Source of the DNA: a bacterium
GTDB lineage: Bacteria; Patescibacteriota; JABMPQ01; JAUVWW01
Length of the DNA: 64,000 nucleotides
NCBI GenBank assembly: GCA_030603885.1
Contig: JAUVWW010000001.1
Location: 2,680-66,679 of the forward strand
Direction: 5' to 3'
Shown here: piece by piece, positions 18,658-28,934 of the stretch
Numbering within the stretch: position 1 is the stretch's first letter
Layout: every line of letters begins with the position of its first letter
Notes under the pieces: model-generated
What the model was told of the DNA's origin: nothing
Seen by the model: only the letters and a program-made list of their open reading frames with translations
Database searches by the model: none
Made by a program: the position numbers and the translations under genes

Positions 18658-19581
18658 ATGGAAAACCTTAATATAACAACTAAAATATGTGGCGTAAAAT
18701 TAAATAATCCAACTGTCTTAGCTTCTGGAATTTTAGGAGTCACAGCTAGCTCATTAATCAAAGTAGCAAAAAAGGGAGCAGGGGCAGTGACTACTAAATC
18801 TATTGGTTTAAAGGAAAGAAAGGGCTCAAGAGGCCCTATTCTTTTAGAATTTAGAGGTGGTTTGATTAATGCTGTTGGATTATCTAATCCAGGCATAGAA
18901 GAATCCTTAAAAGAAATTAATTTATTTAAATCGAAGAGTAAAATCCCAATCATTGCTAGTATTTTTGCTCCCACAAAAAAAGAATTTGGTCAAGTGGCAA
19001 AAAAAGTTTCTGAGGCCGGGCCAGATTTTATTGAAGTTAATATTTCTTGTCCTAATGTGGAGTCAGAATTTGGAAAACCTTTTGCCAAGGATATTAAACT
19101 AGCAGCCAAGGTGACAGAGGAAGTTAAGAAGAATACAAAGATTCCTGTTATTGTGAAATTGTCTCCCAATGTAGATGATATTAAATCTTTAGCTTTGGCA
19201 GTCGAGTCAGCTGGTGCTGATTGCATCTCGGCTATTAATACCGTTGGCCCAGGCATGATTATTGATATAAAAACAGCTAAGCCAGTCTTGTCTAATAAAG
19301 TAGGGGGAGTTTCTGGACCAGCCATAAAGCCGATAGCTGTTAGATGTATCTTTGATATCTACGAAGCAGTAAAAATTCCCATAATTGGTATAGGTGGAAT
19401 TTTAACAGGTCAGGATGCCATAGAAATGATAATGGCTGGCGCTTCAGCAATTGGAATAGGTTCGGCTGTTTATTATCGAGGGATTGATGTATTTAAAAAG
19501 ATTTGTCAGGAAATAAGGAAGTTTATGAAAGAAAATAATTATGAGAATCTGGAACAGATGATTGGTAAAGCCCATGGATAA
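18658..19581 (+). CDS. pyrD: Dihydroorotate dehydrogenase catalytic subunit (class 1B)
   Basis: ICGVKLNNPTVLASG, NAVGLSNPG, NISCPN motifs. Confidence 0.9.
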   Translation: MENLNITTKICGVKLNNPTVLASGILGVTASSLIKVAKKGAGAVTTKSIGLKERKGSRGPILLEFRGGLINAVGLSNPGIEESLKEINLFKSKSKIPIIASIFAPTKKEFGQVAKKVSEAGPDFIEVNISCPNVESEFGKPFAKDIKLAAKVTEEVKKNTKIPVIVKLSPNVDDIKSLALAVESAGADCISAINTVGPGMIIDIKTAKPVLSNKVGGVSGPAIKPIAVRCIFDIYEAVKIPIIGIGGILTGQDAIEMIMAGASAIGIGSAVYYRGIDVFKKICQEIRKFMKENNYENLEQMIGKAHG

Positions 19582-20383
19582 ACTTATGAATAAACTAGAT
19601 AGGCCAATTACATTACCGATAGAGGATATTATCGAAGAAGCTCAAGATATCAAAAGTTTTGTCTTTAGACATAAATTTAATGCCAAACCAGGACAGTTTA
19701 TTTTACTTTGGATCCCTAATGTAAATGAAAAACCTTTTGGGGTTTCCTATCAAGACAAAGAAAAATTTATGATTACAGTTTGTAAGGTAGGAAAAGCAAC
19801 TGAAGTTTTACATAAAATGAAAAAAGGAGATTTAGTGGGAATTAGAGGACCATATGGAACTAATTTTGAACTCGAGGGTAAAAATATTGTTTTAGTAGGT
19901 GGGGGTTATGGTACAGCCCCGCTTTTCTTTTTAGCCAATCAAACCAAGAAAAGAAATGTAAATGTTGATTTCATTATTGGGGCTAAATCAGAAAAGTTTC
20001 TTATATTCAGAGACAAAATCAGAAAACTCAAAATTAAATTACATATTACCACAGACGATGGTACCTGCGGTGAAAAGTGTTTTACAACAGATGTACTAGA
20101 AAAATTACTCAATCAAAAGAAAATAGACATAGTTTATGGTTGTGGACCAGAATTGATGCTCAAAAAATTAGTGGATATTTGTAAAGTAAAAAATATCCCA
20201 TCTCAGATTAGCCTAGAGCGTTACATCAAATGTGGAATGGGTATTTGTGGTCAATGTTGCGTTGATCCTTTAGGCCTTCGAATGTGTAAAGAAGGACCAG
20301 TAATTTCAGGAAAAGTTGCTTGTAAGATTTTTGAATTTGGAAAATATAAAAGAGATGCCTCTGGTAAGAAGATAAATATATGA
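19562..20383 (+). CDS. pyrK: Dihydroorotate dehydrogenase electron-transfer subunit
   Basis: FAD/NAD-binding fold plus C-terminal 2Fe-2S cysteine cluster CGMGICGQCCVD. Overlaps pyrD. Confidence 0.85.
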   Translation: MVKPMDKLMNKLDRPITLPIEDIIEEAQDIKSFVFRHKFNAKPGQFILLWIPNVNEKPFGVSYQDKEKFMITVCKVGKATEVLHKMKKGDLVGIRGPYGTNFELEGKNIVLVGGGYGTAPLFFLANQTKKRNVNVDFIIGAKSEKFLIFRDKIRKLKIKLHITTDDGTCGEKCFTTDVLEKLLNQKKIDIVYGCGPELMLKKLVDICKVKNIPSQISLERYIKCGMGICGQCCVDPLGLRMCKEGPVISGKVACKIFEFGKYKRDASGKKINI

Positions 20384-21684
20384 GTTTGATTTTAAAAAAC
20401 TGTAAAATCTTAGATCAAAAAGATCTGGTTGATATTTTTGTAGAGGATGGAAAGATAAAGAAAATAGGCGAATATGTTAAGGCTGATCAAGAAATAGATG
20501 TTCAAGGCAAATGGGTTATTCCAGGAATGATTGATTGCCATGTTCATTTTCGAGAACCAGGTATGGAATATAAAGAAGATTGGCTAACTGGATCTAAAGC
20601 ATCGGTCCATGGTGGCATTACTACAGTTTTAGACATGCCTAATGTCAAACCACCAACCATAACTTTAAAAAACTTGGAAGGAAAAAGAAATCTGGCTAAA
20701 AAATCTTTAGTAAATTATGGATTCCATTTTGGAGCTACAAATGATAATTTAGAAGAAATAAGGAGAGCCAAGAATAAGATAGCTTCTATAAAAGTTTTTA
20801 TGGGAGCCTCAACGGGAAATCTTTTAGTTACTGATGAGGAAAAACTGCGCCAAATTTTCCAAATAGCCAAAGAAATTAACAAACCAGTTTGTGTTCATGC
20901 AGAAGATGAAGAATGCATTCAGGAAAATATAGAAAAATATAAGGACAAAAAGGATCCTTTTATTCATAGCAAGATTAGACCTAGAGAATGTGCTATAAAA
21001 GCTGTCAAAAAAGCCTTAGATTTAACTAGAAAAATCAAAAATAGACTTTATATTTTACACGTATCCACCAAAGAGGAAATGGAGTTGATCAAAGAAGCAA
21101 AAGATGAAGGATTGGAGGTTTATTGTGAAACAACTCCCCATCATTTGTTTTTAGATGAGGAAGAATTAAAAAAACAAGGTAATTTTGTCAAAATGAATCC
21201 ACCTCTGCGTACCAAAGAAGATATTCACACCTTGTGGCAGGCAATAAAAGATGGTATTGTAGATACAATAGGCACTGATCATGCCCCTCACTTAAAAGAA
21301 GAAAAAGAAACGGATTATTGGAATGCTCCAGCTGGTGTGTCTGAAGAAGAAACAGTTCTTCCTCTATTTTTAGATAAGATCAATAAAAATGAAATAGACC
21401 TTAAGAGGTTAGTTGAGTTGACTTCAGAAAATCCAGCTCGAATATTTAAAATTAGAAATAAAGGGTTCATAAAAGAAGGATTTGATGCTGATTTAACGGT
21501 TTTGGATCTTGATTTAGAAAAAGAGGTTAAAAATAAAGATTTATACACTAAATGTGGCTGGAGTCCGTTTGATGGATGGAGATTATGCGGCTGGCCTTGC
21601 ATGACCATTATTGGTGGAAATATTGTTTGGGATGGAAAAAAGATTTCAGAAAACATTAAAGGAAAGGAAGCTATTTATGGATAA
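20380..21684 (+). CDS. pyrC: Dihydroorotase
   Basis: PGMIDCHVHFREPG metal-binding motif, ...GTDHAPH. Confidence 0.9.
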   Translation: MSLILKNCKILDQKDLVDIFVEDGKIKKIGEYVKADQEIDVQGKWVIPGMIDCHVHFREPGMEYKEDWLTGSKASVHGGITTVLDMPNVKPPTITLKNLEGKRNLAKKSLVNYGFHFGATNDNLEEIRRAKNKIASIKVFMGASTGNLLVTDEEKLRQIFQIAKEINKPVCVHAEDEECIQENIEKYKDKKDPFIHSKIRPRECAIKAVKKALDLTRKIKNRLYILHVSTKEEMELIKEAKDEGLEVYCETTPHHLFLDEEELKKQGNFVKMNPPLRTKEDIHTLWQAIKDGIVDTIGTDHAPHLKEEKETDYWNAPAGVSEEETVLPLFLDKINKNEIDLKRLVELTSENPARIFKIRNKGFIKEGFDADLTVLDLDLEKEVKNKDLYTKCGWSPFDGWRLCGWPCMTIIGGNIVWDGKKISENIKGKEAIYG

Positions 21685-22276
21685 AAAACAACTTATTTTA
21701 GATCTTCATCGTATTGGTGCAGTTAAGTTTGGCCAATTTATTTTAAAATCAGGTATGTCTTCTCCTATTTATATTGATCTAAGGGTAACTGTTTCCTACC
21801 CAGAGGTTTTAGAAAAAATTGCTTTAACCATGATGGAAAAGATGAAAGATCTAAAATGTGACATTATTGCTGGCATTCCCTATACTGCTTTGCCTATTGC
21901 TACTGTTATTTCCATAAAAACAAAAACTCCTATGATTTATGCTAGAAAAGAAACAAAAGAATATGGAACAAAAAAGCAAATCGAGGGAGTCTTTAAAAAA
22001 GGAGATAAATGTTTAATTGTTGATGATTTAATAACCACTGGTGAAAGCAAGTTCGAGACAGCCAAACCTTTTCAAAAAATAGGTCTTATAATCAAAGATT
22101 TTATTGTTTTAGTTGACAGAGAGCAGGGTGGAAAAGAACAATTACAAACTAAAGGATATAACTTATACAGTATTATCACTATCTCAGAACTTTTAGATGT
22201 CCTAAAAAAAGAAGGGAAAATTACTCAAGAGCAGTTTTTAAAGACTAAAAAGTTTATTGAGGAGAATAAAATATGA
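21677..22276 (+). CDS. pyrE: Orotate phosphoribosyltransferase
   Basis: PRTase motif LIVDDLITTGES. Start placed at ATG 21677, overlapping the pyrC stop by 8 nt, rather than the listed 21611. Confidence 0.85.
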   Translation: MDKKQLILDLHRIGAVKFGQFILKSGMSSPIYIDLRVTVSYPEVLEKIALTMMEKMKDLKCDIIAGIPYTALPIATVISIKTKTPMIYARKETKEYGTKKQIEGVFKKGDKCLIVDDLITTGESKFETAKPFQKIGLIIKDFIVLVDREQGGKEQLQTKGYNLYSIITISELLDVLKKEGKITQEQFLKTKKFIEENKI

Positions 22277-23100
22277 CTATTTTTGAGCAAAGAAAACAAT
22301 CTTATAAAAAACGAGCAGATCTTGCCCAAAATCTAGCTGCCCAGAAATTATTCCAATTGATGGAAGAAAAAGAAACTAATTTAACTTCAGCCGATGATCT
22401 AACAGATCCTGAACAATTTTTAGAGATAGCTGATAAAGTTGGTCCGGAAATTTGTGTTTTAAAGACCCATATTGATATTTTAGAAAATTTTACTCCAAGA
22501 ATCATCGACGAATTAGTCAGACTTTCAGAAAAACATAATTTTTTAATCTTTGAAGACAGGAAATTTGCTGACATTGGCAATACTGTCAAAATGCAGTATG
22601 AAAAAGGAGTTTATAGAATAGTTGAATGGGCTCATCTAACCAATGCTCATGCCGTTCCTGGCCCAGGAGTTATTGAAGGATTGTTTGAGGTAGCTAAAGA
22701 AAAAATAGACAAAGGCATCCCCCGTGGATGTCTTTTATTGGCTCAAATGTCCTCAAGTGGAACTTTAGCTACTGAAGATTATACTAAAAAAACGGTGGAA
22801 ATGGCTAAAGAATATACCAATTTTGTCTGTGGTTTTATTGGGGTGGGAAGCAATCCTCAAGAATTAAAAAAATTAGCAGGAATTTCAGGACCCGAGTTTA
22901 TTTTAATGACCCCAGGAGTGAAACTTGAGGCGGGTGGAGATAGCCTAAAACAAACTTATGCCACTCCCAAAGATGCCATGGAAGCAGGATCAGATAGTAT
23001 TATTGTTGGACGTGGAATTTACCAAGCAGATGATCCTCAAAAGGCTGCTCAGGAATATAGAAAATTGGCTTGGGAGGCCTATTTAGAAAGAATAAAATAA
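22273..23100 (+). CDS. pyrF: Orotidine 5'-phosphate decarboxylase (long, ~275 aa type)
   Basis: OMPdecase fold residues (DRKFADIGNTV). Operon position. Confidence 0.8.
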   Translation: MTIFEQRKQSYKKRADLAQNLAAQKLFQLMEEKETNLTSADDLTDPEQFLEIADKVGPEICVLKTHIDILENFTPRIIDELVRLSEKHNFLIFEDRKFADIGNTVKMQYEKGVYRIVEWAHLTNAHAVPGPGVIEGLFEVAKEKIDKGIPRGCLLLAQMSSSGTLATEDYTKKTVEMAKEYTNFVCGFIGVGSNPQELKKLAGISGPEFILMTPGVKLEAGGDSLKQTYATPKDAMEAGSDSIIVGRGIYQADDPQKAAQEYRKLAWEAYLERIK

Positions 23101-23106
23101 AAATCT

Positions 23107-24030
23107 ATGCAAAAAGATTTAATTTCTATTTATGATTTAACAAAAGAAGATATTGAAAAGATCTTTGATTTAACCAAAGAAATTAAAGAGAGGCTTAAGA
23201 AAGGTGAAGAAGATCATCCTTTAAAAGGAAAAACCTTAGGAATGATTTTTGCTAAACCTTCAACAAGAACAAGAATTTCATTTGAGGTGGGTATCTTTCA
23301 GCTTGGAGGAATTGGACTTTATTTTTCAGCCCAAGATTTACAGCTTAAAAGAGGGGAAACCATTGCTGATACGGCCAAGGTTTTATCAAGATATCTAGAT
23401 GGAATAATGATTAGAACTTTTGATCACAATGATGTAGTTGAACTTGGAAAATATGCTTCTATTCCAGTAATTAACGGTTTAACTGATCTTTTACATCCTT
23501 GCCAAATTCTGACAGATATGTATACTATTTATGAAAAGAAGGGGAAATACCAAGGTTTGAAAGTAGTTTATCTAGGTGATGGTAACAATGTTTGCAATTC
23601 TTGGTTATATGGAGCAGCCAAGACAGGAATAAATTTTGTTGTTGCTTGTCCAAAAGGATATGAGCCAGACAAAAAAGTACAAAAGCAAGCAAAAAAAGAT
23701 GCAGAGGCTTCCGGTGGAAATATAACTATTCTGGAAGATCCAAATGAGGCAGTAAAAGAGGCCGATGTTATTTACACAGATGTTTGGGCCTCCATGGGAC
23801 AAGAAGAAGAGCACGAAAAGAGAGTAAAATTATTTCAACCCTATCAGATAAATCAAGAATTAGTTAGCCAAGCTAAGCCCGATGTATTAGTTATGCATTG
23901 TCTTCCAGCCCACCGAGGAGAAGAAATTACTGATGAAGTTATTGATGGCCCACATTCTATTGTTTTTGACGAGGCAGAAAATAGACTTCACCTACAAAAG
24001 GCAATTATGGTATTATTAATGGGGAAATAA
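23107..24030 (+). CDS. argF: Ornithine carbamoyltransferase (anabolic ArgF or catabolic ArcB type)
   Basis: STRTRISFE carbamoyl-phosphate motif. OTCase-specific HPCQ, DVWASMGQEEE (SMG) and HCLPAHRGEE motifs. Confidence 0.8.
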   Translation: MQKDLISIYDLTKEDIEKIFDLTKEIKERLKKGEEDHPLKGKTLGMIFAKPSTRTRISFEVGIFQLGGIGLYFSAQDLQLKRGETIADTAKVLSRYLDGIMIRTFDHNDVVELGKYASIPVINGLTDLLHPCQILTDMYTIYEKKGKYQGLKVVYLGDGNNVCNSWLYGAAKTGINFVVACPKGYEPDKKVQKQAKKDAEASGGNITILEDPNEAVKEADVIYTDVWASMGQEEEHEKRVKLFQPYQINQELVSQAKPDVLVMHCLPAHRGEEITDEVIDGPHSIVFDEAENRLHLQKAIMVLLMGK

Positions 24031-24032
24031 AT

Positions 24033-24944
24033 ATGAAATTTCAAGGCATCATCTCTATAAATGATTTAAGTAAGAAGGAGATTCTTTATATTCTAGATGT
24101 GGCTAAAAAGATCGAGACTGGCAAAACAAAACCTGATTTATCTGGAAAAGTTTTGTCTACTTTGTTTTTTGAGCCATCAACTAGAACTAGATTTTCCTTT
24201 GAATCAGCCATGAATCGATTAGGAGGAAGAGTTATTTCTATGGCTGAACCAAAAGCATCATCTCTAGCTAAAGGGGAATCTCTTCATGATACCGTAAAAG
24301 TAATTGAGAGATACGCTGATATTATTGTTATTCGTCATCCCCAAGAAGGTTCAGCTAGGTGGGCAGCCGATTCGACAAAAAAACCAGTGATCAATGCTGG
24401 AGATGGTGCCAACCAACATCCAACTCAGACTCTTTTAGATCTTTATACTATCAAGAAGGCTCAAGGTAAACTGAATAATCTTAAAGTGGCTATGATTGGC
24501 GACTTAAAATATGGTCGTACTGTCCATTCTCTAACTTCTGCTCTTTCTTTGTTTAATTGTCAATTATTTTTTGTCTCACCAGAATCATTAAAGATGCCCG
24601 AACATATTTTAGAAGATCTGAAAAAAAAGAAGATAAAATATTCTGAACACGAGGATCCAAGTAAAATTATAAATAAACTTGATATTTTATATGCCACTAG
24701 AATTCAAAAAGAAAGATTTCCTGATGAAGCAGAGTATGAAAAAGTAAAACATGCCTATGTGATTGATGTTTCTCTTCTAAAAAATGTTAAAAAGAATTTT
24801 AGGATAATGCATCCTTTGCCTCGAGTCAGTGAAATTAGTACCAATGTAGATGGAACTCCCTATGCCTTCTATTTTGAACAAGCAGGCTTTGGAATCCCCG
24901 TCAGACAAGCTTTATTAAGTTTGTTGTTAGGAAAAGTTAAATAA
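24033..24944 (+). CDS. pyrB: Aspartate carbamoyltransferase catalytic subunit
   Basis: STRTRFSFE, ATCase-specific HPTQ and HPLPRV motifs. Confidence 0.9.
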   Translation: MKFQGIISINDLSKKEILYILDVAKKIETGKTKPDLSGKVLSTLFFEPSTRTRFSFESAMNRLGGRVISMAEPKASSLAKGESLHDTVKVIERYADIIVIRHPQEGSARWAADSTKKPVINAGDGANQHPTQTLLDLYTIKKAQGKLNNLKVAMIGDLKYGRTVHSLTSALSLFNCQLFFVSPESLKMPEHILEDLKKKKIKYSEHEDPSKIINKLDILYATRIQKERFPDEAEYEKVKHAYVIDVSLLKNVKKNFRIMHPLPRVSEISTNVDGTPYAFYFEQAGFGIPVRQALLSLLLGKVK

Positions 24945-24955
24945 TTACTAACTAT

Positions 24956-25405
24956 ATGAGAGCTTATAAAGTTTATGCTATTAAAAATGGAACAGTAATT
25001 GATCACATTCCCCAGGGTAGGGCTTTTAAAGTGATAGATGTTTTGGATTTAGAAGAAGAAAAAGGGATTGTTACTTGTGGGATGAATTTTGAAAGTAAAA
25101 GGCTAGGTAAAAAAGATGTTGTTAAAATAGAAAATAAAGAACTGGAACCAAAAGAGGTTAATGCTATCACTATTGTTGCTCCTACAGCTACTTTAAACAT
25201 TATTCGGAATTTTAAGGTAGCTAAGAAAATAAAGGTGAAAGTACCAAAGGTTATTGAGGAGATTGTTGAGTGCAATAATCCAAATTGTATTACTAGAAAC
25301 GAAAAGGTGCCTACTAAATTTTATCCTATATCTGGCCATCCTCTAGAAATAAAGTGTCATTATTGTGAAAGAACCATTTCCTATGAAGAAATAACATTAC
25401 TTTAA
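24956..25405 (+). CDS. pyrI: Aspartate carbamoyltransferase regulatory subunit
   Basis: C-terminal zinc domain CNNPNC...CHYCER. Follows pyrB. Confidence 0.85.
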   Translation: MRAYKVYAIKNGTVIDHIPQGRAFKVIDVLDLEEEKGIVTCGMNFESKRLGKKDVVKIENKELEPKEVNAITIVAPTATLNIIRNFKVAKKIKVKVPKVIEEIVECNNPNCITRNEKVPTKFYPISGHPLEIKCHYCERTISYEEITLL

Positions 25406-26334
25406 TGCTCATTAAATTACTATTAATTCCGATATTGATTTTTTTCCAAGCTTCTTTTTTTAACAATGCCAATTTAGATTCCTCATTAGGCAAAGAACAG
25501 GTTTTGGGAAACTCAGAAGTTGATTTTGAGACTTTAAGTACAGATGAATCATCTTCTCCTAAAAAAACTACAGATAGTCTAGGTATAAAAACAACTGCCG
25601 AATCAGTTATAATTTTAGACAGGACATCAAAAAGCATACTCTTTGAAAAGAATGCTCAAGAGAGAAGACCAATAGCTAGTCTAACTAAAATTATGACAGG
25701 GCTAGTTGTTTTAGAAAGTGGAGTAAATTTAGATGATCTAGTAAATGTAAGTTTGAAAGCAGCTCAGGTTGAGCCCAAGGAAATAAAGTTGCAGACAGGA
25801 GAACAAATAAAAGCAAGAGATTTACTTTATGCTAGCTTGATAGTCTCTGCCAATGATGCAGCTTTGGCATTAGCAGAACATGTGGGTTCAGGTATAGATA
25901 AATTTATAGAGGAGATGAATAAAAAAGCAGAAGATTTAAAGTTACAAAATACTCATTTTGCCAATCCTACAGGCCTAGATGAAGAGGGGAATTATTCTAC
26001 AGCTTTTGATTTAGCTAGGCTTTTTGATTATGCTCTAAAAAATGAAACTTTTCGTGATATTATCTTGGCCAAAGAGTATACAGCGATATCAACCAATACT
26101 CAAGATACCCACTTTTTTAGAAACACTAATGATCTCCTGGATAGTTTTCTTAATATCAAAGGAGGAAAAACTGGATTTACTGATGAGGCAGGCTGGTGTC
26201 TGGTAGAAATAGCAGAGAATGGTCAGGGGAATCAAGTCATTGCTGTGATCTTAGGATCAGAATCAGGCGAGATGAGATTTCAAGAAACAAAAGCCCTTCT
26301 TGATTGGACATTTAGGAATTATGAGTGGAAGTAA
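25405..26334 (+). CDS. dacA: Serine-type D-Ala-D-Ala carboxypeptidase (PBP5/S11 family)
   Basis: Signal peptide. SxxK (SLTKIMT), SxN (SANDAA), KTG (KTGFT) motifs. Confidence 0.8.
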   Translation: MLIKLLLIPILIFFQASFFNNANLDSSLGKEQVLGNSEVDFETLSTDESSSPKKTTDSLGIKTTAESVIILDRTSKSILFEKNAQERRPIASLTKIMTGLVVLESGVNLDDLVNVSLKAAQVEPKEIKLQTGEQIKARDLLYASLIVSANDAALALAEHVGSGIDKFIEEMNKKAEDLKLQNTHFANPTGLDEEGNYSTAFDLARLFDYALKNETFRDIILAKEYTAISTNTQDTHFFRNTNDLLDSFLNIKGGKTGFTDEAGWCLVEIAENGQGNQVIAVILGSESGEMRFQETKALLDWTFRNYEWK

Positions 26335-26354
26335 CCTGGTGATTTAGTAATCTT

Positions 26355-27419
26355 ATGAATCAATTTCAAGATCCAATCTTATTATTGAATATAGTCAAAG
26401 TCTTAATTTTGACAGCTTGTGCATTTATTATCACTTTTGTTTGGACTCCTCTTTTGACCCACTTTCTGTATAAATACAAATTATCCAAAAAAATTAGAAA
26501 TACAGGTCTGACCCCTATCTATACCAAGATGCATAAGGAGAAGGAGGGTACTCCTACTATGGGAGGACTTTTGATCTGGGTAACTACTTTAGCCTTGGCT
26601 TACATTTTTTTTGGCTTATCTAAAATTATAGCTATTCCCTTTTTAGAAAAATTAAACTTTCTCTCTCGAGGACAAACCTGGCTTCCTTTGGGAGCCTTGG
26701 TGGCCTGTGGCCTGGTAGGACTTCTAGATGATATTTTGAATGTAAGAGGCCTAGGATCTAAGGCTGGGGGAATAAGAGTAAGACACAAGCTTTTAATCTA
26801 TACTGCCATTGCTGCTTTTGGTGCTTGGTGGTTTTTTTATAAACTAGAGTGGGATGTAATCCATGTTCCCGCCGTTGGGGATTTTAATATTGGCTGGTGG
26901 TATATCCCACTTTTTATGTTTATCATGGTGGCTACTTCTTTTTCTGTTAATGAAGCAGATGGCCTGGATGGTTTAGCTGGGGGAATTCTGATGTTCTGTT
27001 TTGGAGCCTATGCTGTGATTGCCTTTTTTCAAGGAAAAATCGAACTAGCAGCCTTTTGTGGCGTTATTATTGGTGCTTTATTAGCCTTTCTTTGGTTTAA
27101 TATCTATCCGGCTCGGTTTTTTATGGGAGATACAGGATCTATGGCTTTAGGAACTACCCTGGCTATTGTAGCCATGCTCACAAATTCTGTTCTGGTTTTG
27201 CCTATCATTGCCTTTCCCTTGGTTCTAGAATCAGGCTCGGTTATTATTCAATTAATTTCCAAAAAACTTTTTAAGAAGAAAGTATTTTTATCAACTCCTC
27301 TTCATCATCATTTCGAAGCCAAAGGCTGGCCCGAGCCAAAAGTAGTCATGAGATTTTGGGTCATTTCAGCCATTTGTATGGCTATCGGACTGGTTATAGG
27401 GCTGTTGGGAAGAGGGTAA
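26355..27419 (+). CDS. mraY: Phospho-N-acetylmuramoyl-pentapeptide transferase
   Basis: Polytopic membrane protein with DDxxN and NEADGLDGLAGG signature motifs. Confidence 0.9.
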   Translation: MNQFQDPILLLNIVKVLILTACAFIITFVWTPLLTHFLYKYKLSKKIRNTGLTPIYTKMHKEKEGTPTMGGLLIWVTTLALAYIFFGLSKIIAIPFLEKLNFLSRGQTWLPLGALVACGLVGLLDDILNVRGLGSKAGGIRVRHKLLIYTAIAAFGAWWFFYKLEWDVIHVPAVGDFNIGWWYIPLFMFIMVATSFSVNEADGLDGLAGGILMFCFGAYAVIAFFQGKIELAAFCGVIIGALLAFLWFNIYPARFFMGDTGSMALGTTLAIVAMLTNSVLVLPIIAFPLVLESGSVIIQLISKKLFKKKVFLSTPLHHHFEAKGWPEPKVVMRFWVISAICMAIGLVIGLLGRG

Positions 27420-27437
27420 ACCAGCTGTAACCTATAA

Positions 27438-28175
27438 ATGCAAAATAAGGTTTCAAAAGATAAAATTGTTCTTAATACATATTTTATAAGTCGATGGTTT
27501 GATGATTTTAAAACTGGCCATTTTGATGTGAACAAAGCTTTAGATATTGCTAGGCAAGTTAAAAGGATCGATGGTGTAGAAGTCTTTGTTCCTGAAGGTC
27601 ATGATTTTAATATTTCAGAAACAAACAGAAAGTTCTTGGAAAGTTTAAATTGTAATAGTGTCCACTCTAATCATTACCAGAAGTATAAAGATAACCAACA
27701 GACGAAGAAAATTCTAGAAGCGCTTGATAGTTTCGCTAGGACTATAAAGGCTAATTATATCTTGTTTCATCCAAACGCCATCATCGATTTTGATTTTGTT
27801 TTTAGAAAGAGAAACAAAGGTTATGCTATTGAGAATCTTTATTATGAACCATTCGATACGGTTGAAAGTCTAAGAAAACTACTAAAAAGGTATGAAGGGC
27901 TTAAATTTGTTTTAGATGTAAATCATGCCAAGCAAGGATCGGAAAAAGATATAAGAAAGTTTATTGATGTACTAAAAAATTATATTATTAGTTTTCATAT
28001 AAGTTATGGAGCCAAGGAAGTAAGTCATAGCTCTTTAATGAAAGCAGATAGTGAGTTCTTAGAAGAATTGGTTAAGGTGAAACAGCTAAATTTACCCTTG
28101 ATTTTAGAAGTAGCTTATGATCCCGAAAATATCCATTCAATTCAAAAAGAAGTCAATTTTGTAAGGAGTTTATAA
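27438..28175 (+). CDS. Hypothetical protein (possibly sugar-phosphate isomerase/epimerase-like TIM barrel)
   Basis: 245-aa soluble ORF. Weak resemblance only. Confidence 0.35.
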   Translation: MQNKVSKDKIVLNTYFISRWFDDFKTGHFDVNKALDIARQVKRIDGVEVFVPEGHDFNISETNRKFLESLNCNSVHSNHYQKYKDNQQTKKILEALDSFARTIKANYILFHPNAIIDFDFVFRKRNKGYAIENLYYEPFDTVESLRKLLKRYEGLKFVLDVNHAKQGSEKDIRKFIDVLKNYIISFHISYGAKEVSHSSLMKADSEFLEELVKVKQLNLPLILEVAYDPENIHSIQKEVNFVRSL

Positions 28176-28934
28176 ATGCAGAAGAAAGTTTGGTTTAAAA
28201 ATAAAAAAGGAGAACGTTTAGTAGGAACAGCTCATATTCCTAAAGCTAAAGAAAAATTGCCAGCCGTAATTTTAGCTCATGGTTTTGGAGGTATAAGATC
28301 GGAACAAGGTATGTTTATTGATATAGCTAGAGCCTTATCTAAAGCTGGTTTTTGTGTTTGGCGATTTGATTTTGTTGGTTGTGGAGAAAGCAGTGGTAGT
28401 TTTGTAGAAATGACTTTAAGTAAGGAAGGTAGAGAATTGAGAGATATTATTAGATTTGTTAAGAAACAACCAAATGTGGATAGAAATAGAATCGGGCTAT
28501 TAGGTATGTCATTTGGAAGTTGTTCGACTGTTGCTTTAAATCCAAAAGTTAAAGCGATTGTCTTATTAAGTTCTGTAGCAAAACCATACCAATCTTTAAA
28601 GGAATTGTTTGGTGACCAATTTAACCTTAAGGGAATATCTGTCCATGCCTCGAGGTATGGCAAAGGAAAGAAAAGAATTGGACCCAAAATTTGGAAAGAT
28701 TTAAAGAAGTATAATTTGCCTAAATTGATTAGGAGAATCAAGGCCCCAGTTCTTATTGTACACGGACAAAAAGATAGCCTTGTTGGTTTAGATAGTCCAA
28801 AATTATTTTATAAGAATGCAAATAAGCCAAAGAGATTGATAATTATTAAAAAAGCAGACCACATGTATCGTGGTCAGCCAATGAGAAGGCAAATGATTGA
28901 AGAAGTTACCGATTGGTTTAAAAAATATTTATGA
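28176..28934 (+). CDS. Alpha/beta hydrolase
   Basis: HGFGG oxyanion motif and nucleophile elbow GMSFGS. C-terminal D and H (DSLVG, DHMY). Confidence 0.6.
   Translation: MQKKVWFKNKKGERLVGTAHIPKAKEKLPAVILAHGFGGIRSEQGMFIDIARALSKAGFCVWRFDFVGCGESSGSFVEMTLSKEGRELRDIIRFVKKQPNVDRNRIGLLGMSFGSCSTVALNPKVKAIVLLSSVAKPYQSLKELFGDQFNLKGISVHASRYGKGKKRIGPKIWKDLKKYNLPKLIRRIKAPVLIVHGQKDSLVGLDSPKLFYKNANKPKRLIIIKKADHMYRGQPMRRQMIEEVTDWFKKYL

Noticed and set aside
23107-24030. Considered whether the first carbamoyltransferase was a second ATCase or a putrescine carbamoyltransferase.
   Set aside because: The HPCQ, SMG and HCLP motifs are OTCase-specific. A second ATCase is therefore excluded. Putrescine carbamoyltransferase cannot be excluded from motifs alone, so the OTCase call carries residual uncertainty.
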